A stretch of DNA of 32,000 nucleotides from the NCBI GenBank assembly GCA_002794465.1, contig MTSL01000206.1, forward strand, positions 37,313-69,312. The letters are read 5' to 3'. The notes below the pieces were generated by a model that did no database searches, had not been told where the DNA came from, and was given only the letters and a program-made list of their open reading frames with translations. Source of the DNA: Paramicrosporidium saccamoebae KSL3. Its lineage: Eukaryota > Fungi > Cryptomycota. Every line of letters begins with the position of its first letter. Within the stretch, counting starts at the first letter, position 1. Below are positions 9,150 to 20,600 of this stretch, one piece after another. The position numbers and the translations under genes were made by a program.

Positions 9150-9305
9150 CAGCATGTAGATAGCCGGATAATATGATGAGTGGCACAGAAATATAATGAT
9201 ATGGTAGTATATTGGCATGAGACACGACAATGTGATGATGCGGTAGCATGTCATAATAGCAAAACATGCTAACATGACAATACGACAATATGATAGTATG
9301 AAAGA
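9150..9305. repeat. Degenerate AT-rich short-period repeat between convergent genes
   Basis: Recurrent (G/A)CATG, ATATGAT and GACAAT words at about 8-10 nt spacing; no exact unit. Confidence 0.45.
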
Positions 9306-9316
9306 CTCGGTATAGT

Positions 9317-11612
9317 TTATTTCCTACGCAACACCTCATTCTCTCTCCTCAACATTTCCAACTCTCTCCGCATCAACTCCAGACCATCCGGCTGGGGTGA
9401 TTTTATTGAATGCACCGTCCGATGCACTCCGGCTGAGGCAAAGGGACGAACACCGCGTTGGTCAATGGACATGGAACGTCGTTTCCGCGGATCCCACGGC
9501 TCGGCAGGCGAATAGGCGGAGAGGTTTGGGGGGAGGGACACTTGGGGATCCTCCACCATCGGTCGGCCCTCCCATTCAGAGAAGCCATTGTAATGGATCG
9601 TTGGGTGGTATGAGGCAGATCCATACAAACTGTCGTTTCGACGGGTGGAATTGCGCAGCTCCAAAAGTTGCTGACGGATCAGCTCGTTCAGCAGTAAAAG
9701 TTGATCAAACTGAGACGGATGGACAAAAATCGGTGCTGACTGGCTAAAGTCCCGTCCATAGGGAACCGAAGTGGAGGGCGTCTCTCCATTCCCATTCACC
9801 TCTTCGTAAAGAGGGTAGGCGGGTCCACGTGGATAAGGAGCGGGCAGACTATCGACGCTCTCATGAACCATCCGAGCTGGCTGAGGTTGAGAGACATGGA
9901 ATCGACTGGGTGCTCCATTTCCGACTTCATCAGGGGGGATGGAAGGAATCTCTACCTTGAACCGACTCCTCCTCCCATCCTCCAATTCGCCCTCAATGAT
10001 GCTCCCCACTAGAGGGAGTTGAGTATCCATAGGAGATGTTGGATTGTCCCGGGCTGATTCGAGGACGCTGAATCTTCCCTTCCGTACTCCACCTGCATCT
10101 TCGCCTTCCATACCATCTACCAGATCCAGGGGAGTCACTAAGCCCTTTTCTTCAGTGGGGGAGGATCTGGTGCTGGGGTCGCCAGATGGTGGCTCCGCCT
10201 CCACCACAAACCGACTACACCGTTTGTCGCCAATGGTCCGCACAGTGCCTTCATCGGTCGCCTCGGGACTATTGGGCGCAGTGGATGGCTCAGTGCCTAC
10301 TCCGCCCCCTCCCACCTCAGTCTCTGCCTCGGACTCGGAAAAGTCCCATTCTTGTCCCGTCATCTCGCTAGTCTCAGTGGTTGCATTATCTGCCAATTGT
10401 TTCACCAGTTTGGTCACTCGTGGACGCTGTTCCAGAGGAGGGATCACTGCCAAGATTGTACTTGCCAAATGACTCTTCTTTTTGGCTGCTTTAAAGAAGG
10501 GATGTTTCAGCAACATCTCAGCTGTGGGTCTATAGACATTGTTAGAATGGTTTAAAGAATACCGTTTGGTGGGATCCCTTTGCAGACATTGGTCAATCAT
10601 TTCCTTAAATGTCCGACTGTATTTGTTCTTGGACCGTTTCCGATCCAAACTTGGAGGTGCGCTGCTCAATGTCAAATAAATCACCTTCATGGGCGGATAT
10701 TTGGAGAATGGCGCGTGGCCATAGGCCAGCTCGAGGGCAGTGATACCAAAGGACCAAATGTCCGCTTTAGTGTCATAGCCCCGTGTCATCTCCATCACCT
10801 CTGGCGCCATCCAACACGGCGTCCCCACAAAAGTCTTTCTCAACCCACGTCGCTCCAAATCCTCCATCAGCGAGGAGCTCACACCAAAGTCGGCCAGTTG
10901 CACCGTTCCGTCAACATCCATTAGTAAATTTCCCGCCTTGACGTCGCGATGAATGTGACTATCCCGATGGAGGTAATCCAAGCCCTGCAGGGCCTGCAGA
11001 AGAATGGTCGCAATGGATGCCTCGTCCAGGCCGTCCCGGAAGCCCGTCTTCATAATGTCCAAACACGATCCGCCACGTAGGAATGGCGTCACTATCCACA
11101 GCTTTGATTCGTGCACAAAGGAAGCCAAGATCCGCAATAGATTCGCATGTTTACACAAGGTCATGACCTGGATTTCCTTGCGAAGCTCGTCAATTTGATT
11201 CCGCTCAAAGTGATCCAAGTCGATCATTTTTACGGCCACGGTCATGTTGAGCGGCACATAGGTCGTGTGGTAAACAATTGCAGAGGAGCCAAAGCCTAAA
11301 ATTTAATATTGCATCGGCACAAATACCTATGGCCGGTCCGATAGTGTAATCTTCGGGGCTCATGGAAAAGGGCATCTCCTCGCCGGTATAAATGGTGGGA
11401 GTGCCAACTGAATCTACGGACGAGGCCAGCGAAGCTAGAGCCGACCGGTTTATCCGCACCTCCTCGTTGCTCTGCATGACCGGTGGTGGTGGAGTGGCTT
11501 CGGGCCTCGTCACCAATCCACCCTGCTTGTCCATCATCATTTCATTCGACAGAATGGACCGCAATGGCTCCTGGGGACGCTCCTCGTCGTCTTTTGCAGC
11601 AAGCTCGTCCAT
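9317..11612 (-). CDS. STE20/GCK-VI (OSR1/SPAK/Fray-like) Ser/Thr kinase
   Basis: Exons 11612-11327, 11295-10563 and 10529-9317, with introns of 31 nt (11326-11296) and 33 nt (10562-10530). Splicing restores IGFGSSAIV and KRPTAEMLLKH. Motifs HRDVKAGN, DFGVS and RKTFVGTPCWMAPEVME...YPPMKV are characteristic of OSR1/SPAK. The exact start ATG is uncertain. Confidence 0.92.
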
Positions 11613-11699
11613 GCTGCAATTCGCTTGTTTCGTCTTCCAAAGGGTTCTGATTGGTGGGGTCTTAACCGCCGCATGAACACTACCAAGTCACAGCACAAT

Positions 11700-13629
11700 T
11701 TATACAATGTGAGTATTAGGTTTCTCGTTTAGCAGGGCCGTCTTGAGCGAGGGAGAGGCTGCGAGTATGGCCTCCGGAACCTTGGTCACGGGCAGGACGT
11801 GCATCTCGTAGTACGCAGTGTCTGACGCACCCAAACAAAACTCTGTACAATTCAGTAGTGTTCCTCTATCGAACGGATTCTTCAGCTTTGTCCCATGGCT
11901 GCACTTGGGTCCATGTTCATGGTCCTCAGCGGGGACGGTCGTGTCTGGATTGAAATACTCCAGACGATACCAGTTGGACACTTCATTGGTAGTCTGATTC
12001 TTGGCAATCTGCCATGTCTGGACAACGAGCAGGAAACCCACCCATAGAATAAAAGTGCACTTTTCCACCATACAGACAAAAACAAAGGGGGCGAGGATGG
12101 CCTGACGACACAGTCTATTGCTCATAATGCAAAAGCTGCCCGCCGTCACATCTGCAATGGGCAAAGTCTGCAAATCTACAAAAATGAGCATCCCCAAAAT
12201 TGGTACAAAGATAAGCGAGAATGACAAAGACAATCAACGAGGGGACAACTGAATAGACGTAAAAGATAAAGTAACGATGATTTCCCACTCCCACACAGCT
12301 GTTCGTCCATGGACAATGGTGATCAAACTTTGCCACACAGAAATCACACACTCGACAATGCTTTGACCGTAGCGGCTTCTTTATCCGACATGTCACACAA
12401 TACTTTCTCCGATTCAGCTCCGACTCGCCCACCAACTCCAATATGAGTTGATGTCGGTCAGCGATGGTGAGGGGGGGCCGAAGAATGCCCGGATCAGTCT
12501 GATTGACCCGACGCAGAAAATATACAGAAGATAGGACAGTGGCAGTCCAAAAAAGATGGAGGAGATAGTGGGAAGGTGTGGCGGGATAGAGGACAAAGAT
12601 ATCCAGAAGGAAGAGGGGTGGGATCATGACGGCCTGGTAGGCAAACACCATGCCAGTTTCAGTGGGATTGATGGAGGGGAAGAAGAGTGTACGGATGTAC
12701 TTGTCATAGACCATGAATATCGCAATCACAATTCCCAAGGCCAACACCCAGGGCGACACAGTCCACAGAACCAACGAATACAGCGGATACACAATACAGG
12801 GTACAATCTTGCCCATAATAAACTTGGCCCGTCCTCGGGCGGGACGCCAATAGTTTATGTTGAGGGGGGCGAGATCTTTCAGCAGATTCTTGCGCCCAAA
12901 CTCAATAAGGAGAATGGAGAACCATTTGTAATGGTCCTTTTGTTTGGCCCAATCGGCTGCCGTCTTTCCTTCTGCGTCTTTGACGGACGGATCGGCACGA
13001 TATTTGAAGAGCAATCGAATAATTTCATAATGGCCTTTGATGACGGCCCAATGGAGCACAGTGGTACCGCCATTGTCCATAGAATCGGGATTGGCTCCGT
13101 CCTGTAACAGGACTTGCACAGTCTCCACATGACCCCGGAACGTGGCCCATAAGAGGGCAGTACGTCCAAATCCGTCCCGCTCCTCCACATCCACTCCCAA
13201 AGCCAACAAATAAAGCACTGCCAATGTCTGTCCATGTTGTGCCGCCAAATGCAGCGCGGTGTATCCCGGTTGGTCCCGTAGTGCCAAATCTGCTCCAAAC
13301 GTCACGAGGGTCGACATGGCGTCAATGTGTCCTTTGGTGGTCGCCCAATGGAGGGCCGTTGACCATTGTTCACCTCCCAATGAATTAACTACTGCGCCCT
13401 TTTCGAGGAGATAGCGCAGGATAGATGTGCGATCATTCAGCGCGGCCCAATGGAGCGGCGGGATTTGATCATTCGGACTTGGCGCGTGTACCAAGTCTGG
13501 CTGTTCTGTCACCAGAACCTGCACCCTAAAGAGGTCTCCCACCTGGGAAGCCGTCCAGATGTTCATCTTGTCCTCTTGAGGCTCCACAGGTGCCACTGTC
13601 GGAGGCTCGCAAACAGGTGCCGTGACCAT
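11700..13629 (-). CDS. AKR1: Ankyrin-repeat DHHC palmitoyltransferase (Akr1/ZDHHC17-like)
   Basis: Exons 13629-12207 and 12175-11700, with a 31-nt intron 12206-12176. N-terminal ankyrin repeats ([30 protein letters not shown]), TM helices, [32 protein letters not shown] motif and NPFDRG. Confidence 0.93.
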
Positions 13630-13885
13630 AAACAACTTTAAGATTTTTGTTTAATCTTTTGACCCGAATTTGAACTGGTAATTTGCCAATGAGCCATAAA
13701 CTGTGAGGTGTAGAATATGGGTGGGGTGGGGTGGAATTGCTCATTGAGTAGAGCTTCTCTTACAGATAATTCTGTTTAACCGACTGCTTAGCTGGTTGTT
13801 TAGCCAACGGTCAAATTGTCTATACAACGTCTCCGCCCCGTATAATACGTCCTTTTACAATATTACAGGATAAAATGCCTCTATT

Positions 13886-15087
13886 TTACAGATGAAAAGG
13901 TAGAAAAGATTCGGTTCGCTCATCTAACGTGGCACTCAGATTGAATGAAGACTGTCCCCTATTCAAGGTATAAACACGGTCAACCAATGCTTCGGCAGCT
14001 GTGGGGAGCACCATGCCGGTTCCAGTAATTTGATAATCACCTCCATGGATAGGCCCAACGACACTCAAATCCGTTCTGCTGAGGGTTCCGTGGAGAAATG
14101 GACTCGGAGCCACTAATTCAGGCATTACAACAAACGACTTTCCATCACGTTGATTGAGCAGGAAATCAACCAAACCATGGACAGACATTTCTTCCGAAAT
14201 GGTCAGCGTAGTGGAGGCAACAGAAACCCGTTTGGAATTTGTCTTTCGGACCCGGTTGATCCGTCTATTAATGGCCTCTTTGATGAGTTGAGGATCGACG
14301 TTTTCTTGGCCAGAACCGTGATCCGAATCGTGATCAGAGCCATGATCAGAATTCTTAATCTCCTCAACCCGTTCTAGAAAGGACTCTCCGTCATCGTCTA
14401 GTTGTTTAAATTCAAGACCTTCTCCTTTCAACAACTCTATCAGTGATTTGGTCGCTTTGGAGATGAATGCTTTCATCTTGCCCCCATCATTGCGAAAGAG
14501 TACAACAAGATCTGACTGCAGATAATAGAAATAGGGGATGGTTCCCGTCTTGAGGCCATTATAGAGCGACAACAATGCCTTCCTCCAACTGTCCACCATG
14601 GATTTAAAGAATTGACGTTCCAGTGAGTCGCTTTTCTTAGCCAGGATATTGCATAGACGTCGGGGATCAGGTAGTGCGGGAAATGGGAAACGGTAGAAAT
14701 CAAACAGATTGGTCAGCTCCGCAGGACAGTCCGACTTGCCGAGCTGTGTCTTCCACGGGGCAATAGATGCGTCAGTGGTGATGGTGAGCTTCTCAGAGAG
14801 GGTCCAAGACACTTTTGGTCGCGCCACAGTTAGGATGGGCGTCTTGGGCTTTACAATTTCGTTGGTAGTGATGTGACCGAACGGCTTCCTCTCATTTGGG
14901 AGGGATACTTTTGGTGGTGCAACATTGATACATCCAGTGTTGTGTTCTTCTCTGACGAGTGCATCTCTACTCTGCTTGGTACGCTTGCTTTTGAGCAATT
15001 TCTACACAATCAATCGCCATGACTGGATACCTTTAGCTCAGAGGGAAGGAGCGGCCGCTTCGGTCCATCATCTGCATCGCCAAGCAT
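13886..15087 (-). CDS. DONSON: DONSON (downstream neighbor of SON / humpty dumpty) replication initiation factor
   Basis: Exons 15087-15031 and 15001-13886, with a 29-nt intron 15030-15002, giving 390 aa. WRKALLSLYNGLKTGTIPYFYY..LVVLFR...AFISKATKSLIELLKGEGLEF matches DONSON [28 protein letters not shown]...[21 protein letters not shown]. Also SWTLSEKLTITT and PELVAPSPFLHGT. Reference recalled from memory. Confidence 0.85.
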
Positions 15088-15092
15088 CGGTC

Positions 15093-15145
15093 AAATGCGC
15101 GCGCACAATTTTTCGCGCCTGAATCGGAATAATTGATTCCCCGCC
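15093..15145. promoter_or_regulatory. E2F/SCB-like motifs immediately upstream of DONSON
   Basis: TTTCGCGC at 15111-15118 (reverse contains CGCGAAA), GCGCGCGC at 15097-15104 and TTCCCCGCC at 15137-15145, all within 60 nt of the DONSON ATG. Confidence 0.45.
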
Positions 15146-15716
15146 ATGACAACGGCTAATTATTTTCGTTTTGCCAGGTTGGCTGGAGTGGGATTTGTTA
15201 ATGTAAGGGTGGGGCTTGTTAAGGATATAAGGAATGAGGTTTGTTGAGAATGTAAGAAATGAGGCTGTTAAGCAGCATCCACTTACTATTAATGAGTCCG
15301 ACCCAGATAGCGGTCTCACAGTCCAATCTGATTCTATTAAGAATGGCCACCTATAAAAAGCCCATATGCTTTAATAAAAGATAGTTTCACCCATCAACAG
15401 AGCAGAGGCTTGTTGAGAATGTGAGGGATTTGACTGCATATTGATAATATACAAATTTCCTTTCGTCAAAAACCGTGCTGCAATGCAAGAAAACGATGAT
15501 ATTACACCCTTTATTACCTTATATTATCACCTTGTCGCGTAGTGGGGATAATACCACGGACTTTGTCAGGCGGAAAGAGACGAGAAGAGAAGACAAGAGA
15601 AGAGAAGGGAATCTATTCAGTTAATCCAACGACCCATTTATAGTCTCACAAATAACATTATCCTTCATCGATTGTTCTGATTATCCCTTCTTTATTGAGG
15701 ATCTCGACACACATGC

Positions 15717-16703
15717 TTATTCACCAGGAGCGTGGCAGAACAAATAGGATACGGATTCACCGTTGTGTGTACGACGGATGGCCTCGGCGAGGATCCCAGA
15801 CACATCAAGGACGGTAATCTTTTCGCATGCCCGCGCCTCATCAGAGAGGGGAACAGTATTGGTTACTACCAGTCTGGTCAGGGGCGATGCTTCAATGCGC
15901 TGCACTGCATCACCCGAGAGAATCGGATGTATCACCATGGCATAGACTTCCTTAGCGCCATGTTCCTTTAACGACTGTGCAGCCAACACCAAAGTGCCAC
16001 ACGTATCAGCCATATCGTCAACAATGATTGCTATACGATCCTTCACATCTCCCACCAACACCATCCGAAAGACTTGATTGGCGCGCTTCCGTTCCTTGTG
16101 AATGATTGCAAAGTCCAAATCAAGTCGATCAGCCATTCCTGCGCAGCGCTTCACCCCTCCCGCATCTGGCGACACTAGGATGGCTTCCCGATAGTTGGGA
16201 ATGCTGGTGACAATGTAATTTAGCAGCACCGGCTCAGCACACAGATTGTCCACGGGGACGTCAAAGAAGCCTTGGATTTGAGATGCATGTAGATCCATTG
16301 TAATCACATGATCTGCACCCGCCACAGTGAGTAGATTTGCCACCAGCTTGGCAGTAATAGGCGCTCTACTGCGGTCCTTTTTATCCTGGCGGGCATACGG
16401 ATAGCAAGGCACTACTGCAGTGATACGACGGGCCGAGGCGACACGACAAGCCGAGGCCAACTGGCACAGCTCTATGATATGGTCGTTGAGCCCACCAGCC
16501 GTACGACTGCTGCCTGTTTGAACAAGAAACACGTCTTGGTCTCGCACCGACTCGCATACAGTCAGAGTGCTCTCTCCATTGGCCTGACGCACAAGGAGCA
16601 TCGGGGAAATGGCCATGTTTAATCGATTGGCTATCGATTCGGTGAGCCCGTAATGTGAATTCCCACTCAGCAGTTTGATGCAGTTTGGTCTCTGTGCGCT
16701 CAT
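15717..16703 (-). CDS. PRS: Ribose-phosphate pyrophosphokinase (PRPP synthetase)
   Basis: Intronless, 328 aa. Motifs [37 protein letters not shown] and [11 protein letters not shown]. Confidence 0.96.
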   Translation of the reverse strand: MSAQRPNCIKLLSGNSHYGLTESIANRLNMAISPMLLVRQANGESTLTVCESVRDQDVFLVQTGSSRTAGGLNDHIIELCQLASACRVASARRITAVVPCYPYARQDKKDRSRAPITAKLVANLLTVAGADHVITMDLHASQIQGFFDVPVDNLCAEPVLLNYIVTSIPNYREAILVSPDAGGVKRCAGMADRLDLDFAIIHKERKRANQVFRMVLVGDVKDRIAIIVDDMADTCGTLVLAAQSLKEHGAKEVYAMVIHPILSGDAVQRIEASPLTRLVVTNTVPLSDEARACEKITVLDVSGILAEAIRRTHNGESVSYLFCHAPGE

Positions 16704-16725
16704 ATCCGGACGAAGAGTTAATAAA

Positions 16726-16885
16726 TAATGCGGTTTATTAGACTAATCGCAAGAATGGATATTGTGAGTGGTCATGTTTAGTCGATTAGCTCGTAGTGTA
16801 AATTCTCATTAAACAGCTTAGTCGGGACATTTATCTCTAGACAAAGAATTAACCAGTAATGCGGTTTATTCTATTAATCGCGAGA
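16726..16885. repeat. Direct repeat, 2 x 29 nt (16726-16754 and 16857-16885)
   Basis: TAATGCGGTTTATTagacTAATCGCaAGA vs TAATGCGGTTTATTctatTAATCGCgAGA, 25/29 identical. On the minus strand each copy reads GAT-stop followed by AATAAA. The second copy contains the RNase H1 stop codon. Confidence 0.8.
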
Positions 16886-17522
16886 GCGAGCCCCATAGGT
16901 GGCCAATCTGTCGGCACGCTCATTCCCAGGCTCGCCAGAGTGTCCTTTAACATGCTTCTACAAGAGTTAATACGACCAAATAAAATACATAGGTGACGGG
17001 ATGCCTTCGGTTTCGTGTTTCATGAACAATTTCCTTTACCAAATCGAGATTCTTCTTGTCCACATTCCAATCCTGGCGCTCCCATTCACGACTCCAATCT
17101 GTTGCGCATCCGATTCCGTAACGACTGTCTGTCCTGATCTCTACTGGTGCCTCCACGTCTCGCGTTGCCCTGAGTCCTTCGAGGATTGCGGTCAGCTCTG
17201 CACGTTGGTTAGTCTGCGGCTCACTGTTTGACAATGCTCCCGAACGATCCAAATCGGGACGGGAAGGACAATGCACTCCATATCCCGCCTGGGCGCCCCT
17301 CTGGCCGTTCCCCGTGCACGCTCCGTCTGTATAAACCACAAAGTTCTCGCTTTGACTTTCAGATGGCTGCACGGATGACTGTCTGACAAACGCCTCTGCT
17401 TCCTGGCGAGTTGAGAACTTTGCATGTCTGGCACGGGGGTAGCCGTTGACATTTTCCCGACACTCGTCCCAAGTGGAATAGACACCTGGATTTCTTCCCG
17501 ACTGTACTGCGTAATACGGCAT
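16874..17522 (-). CDS. RNH1: Ribonuclease H1
   Basis: Exons 17522-16989 and 16957-16874, with a 31-nt intron 16988-16958. N-terminal hybrid-binding domain YYAV..GRNPGVYSTWDEC. Catalytic motifs VYTDGAC, TNQRAEL, IRTDSRY and HVKGHSGEPGNERAD. Confidence 0.95.
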
Positions 17523-17685
17523 TATTTGGACTATCCTGAGGGCAGAGTATTGCAAAGTGTGGCGGTAATAACCTGCCAGTCTATCAAATATTAATCCGTT
17601 TACCCATTATGGAAATATATAAGCGACCAATGTGAGTAACGTACAAATACACCATTTTTACCGAATGTGAGAATTTATTACAATA

Positions 17686-20600
17686 TCAGCTTGTGTAACG
17701 AGAAGAACGCCGAAGATGCAATGACGTTGGGGTTTCGGTCACGCTTCTGGGACTATGCCGTCGACCACCAGTCCTTACTCTTGGGGTAATGACCTCCTCA
17801 TCAGTGTCCAATTGAGAGTCTGAATCTTCCTCGTCCGATCGGATTCGTCGTCGTTTTGGTCTAGACTGCTCAGATCGATGGCTGCGCTGCTCAGACCGAT
17901 GACTGGACTGCTCCGGTCGATGAATAGGCAAATCGAGTCCCGCCCTCCGCCTTGCTCTGGCTTCTCTTTCCGCTGCGCCATGTCGCATCGGAGTTTCATG
18001 ACTATCAGCGCGATTAGAATGATTAGCACGGTTCCCATGATTAGAACGGTCTGTAGAATCAGTTGTATTGACGTGTCGGGAGATGCGTCTTGTGCCTCGT
18101 TCAGCACGTTTGACCAGCCGGAGTATTTCAGAGAGTATATAGTCGGCATCTTGGACAATGTCACTGTCGGGGAGATTGTAGACAAAGGCATTTTCATAGA
18201 TGAGCCGGGCATCCCATTCAAATGCCTCAATTCTGCGATGATAGCCATTAATAACCCGCTGATGGAGCAGAGTAAGGTCCATGGGATAGGCAACCTCTTC
18301 CAAATAGTCTGGAAATTGGTGCAAATCCACCGCCTTCTTGAAGGGAGCACCGCGGGGGTCAGCCATCAACTTTTGTAACCCCTCGTCCAACTGTCGGAGC
18401 ACTTCCGAGGTAATGTACTCGGAACAACAGTATGGCTCTCGGTTGGGAGAGTCCTCTTCAAGAATCGTCTCCAACTCCCACGGACTCAGCGGTTCAGGGT
18501 CGTCCGAGAGTGTTAGCCATTCCACAAAATAGCATTGCCAAGGCTTCTCCGGGATCCGATCAGCTGGCACTGTGACCTTTTTCACCCGTGCCTCATAAGT
18601 TTCGTTTCTTCCAAAGACCACACGCACAATCTCACCAGAAGTATAGCGTTGTACGGGTTGAACACTCCAGTGATAACGACAGAATGGGATAATAAAGTCT
18701 GGTTGGTTGTCCATGTCGTAAAATGCAATTTGGATGCGATGTGCACTTGCCGGGATGTGAGTAGGCGGTGGGAGGGATTCACGTGCCTCCATCTTGCGTA
18801 GAATCAACAACTCTACTAGACACCACGTGGGATCGCCAGGGAAAAAGTTCATCGAAATAATCTGACCAAACACTACGGGCGGGAGACGACCCTCAGTCTC
18901 CCATGGTAGCCCATCGTGAAATTGAACTCCCTCCTCTCGAGACAGGAATAAACGGTGTCCCTCGGGAAAGTATGCCACAACATCATAAATTTGGGGCAAG
19001 TAAGGGAACACTTGACGATCCTTCATGGACAGCCACTTGGAGACTTGTTGAACCCGTTCGATGAGTGGACCAGTATCCTCGTCTGATTCAGTAATGACCG
19101 GACGCCTTCTAGAGGATCCTCGATGTCGTAAAGCAGGTCGATCGGGTCTGTACAATGGCTCCTCTTCTTCCTCAAACTCGGGAATTGGGCGGAGTCGGTC
19201 TGAGCGACGTCCTTGACGAGGTGACGCCTCGTGTAGTCTCCTCCGGAAATTGTACGGACCTGGACTAGGCATTTCGTGGTCGGTAGAAGTTATCCCAACT
19301 TCACCGTCCGTCTCAGAACCCGCACTTGCGAGACGATATTCTTCTTCGCCCTCCTCCGCCGGCTGTTCAGCGACCGGAGGTATTTCATCCTCGACATCTG
19401 AGCCATGCAAAACGCGTCTTCGTCGCGATCTTGTGTGCCGAGGAACACTTCCAGGTACCGTGTCTTGAAGTTCCCGATTGTACAAGTCAATTTCAGTGTC
19501 CAGCTGTCGCTGATATAACTGCTGCTGTCTCATCAATACGCCCTCATCAATATCCACCGGAATGGTCAGTGGATAGGACTCTTTCACAATGAGATCATAA
19601 GGGTTTCGTTCAATTGAAAAAATCTTTTCTCTAGAGGCCAGGTGGGGCGGTCTTTGCGTGATTGCGTCCAAGGCAGTGCGTTGAGAGTCGAAAATGAGCT
19701 CATTCCAATCATCGTGAAAAAATTGCGAAGAAGGAGCTTTGGAGAAGGAGTCGGGAGAGATGCCACATCCAAAAATGGACACTCGTCCTAAATCATCCAC
19801 TAGAGAGAACATGGTCCCGTTCTGTGAAAACCCGCCATCCAGGAATCGGGTATTCTCCAACTGGAACTCGAATATGCGAGTCCCCGTGTGCATGTTCCAC
19901 AGCGCAGCCCGGCCATCACATCCCGCCGACAGGACGATACGATCATCAGCAGGATTGGCAGTGAGAATGTAGACTTCCCCACGGTGATAATGCAAAACAC
20001 GGGGAGATTTCTGACGCTTCGCATCGAAAACGATCAACTCAAATCCTTGGTTGACAGCTGCAACAATCGTTTCGTCATTATTGCAAAATGTCACAATGGT
20101 GACCTTTCTCGGTCTTCCGGGCACTATCATATCCGTGCTATCTCCCAACACGGCGGTTGTGTCATACGGATCTGAAAGCCACTTTGCATCATATCTCCAC
20201 TTTCTTACTGTGCCATCAGACGAACTGGTCACAAATTCTGTTCCTTTAGTGCTGAAATGCACACTGTTAATGTAGCCCTCGTGCTCTTCCAAATATTGTA
20301 CATTGGGCAGGAATATTGAGGGCTGCACACCAGCCTTAATGTCTGCCACATCAGGAACACTGAACAGCCGAACAATCCCATCAGTAGCTCCCGTGATGAA
20401 ACGCAGTCCTGACGGTGAAAAGGAAGCGCAACGGATCTCATCCCGTGCAAGTGATTTGCAATGGAATTTGACTGGGATTGTACTCCAGGTACGCTGTTGG
20501 AGATTGATCGACCAAAACTTGGCATACCCATCTGAACATGTGGTCATCAAAACCAGTTCCTTGCTGGCTCCCTCCACTGGCCGAAATTCCAAGGTAAGGA

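Noticed and set aside
8893-9339. 148-aa minus-strand ORF rich in Tyr/His/Ile
   Set aside because: Translation of the degenerate repeat plus the antisense of the geminin-like gene; no recognisable motifs.
16874-17522. RNase H as a retrotransposon remnant
   Set aside because: It has the cellular RNase H1 hybrid-binding domain and a spliceosomal intron, with no RT, integrase or LTRs nearby.
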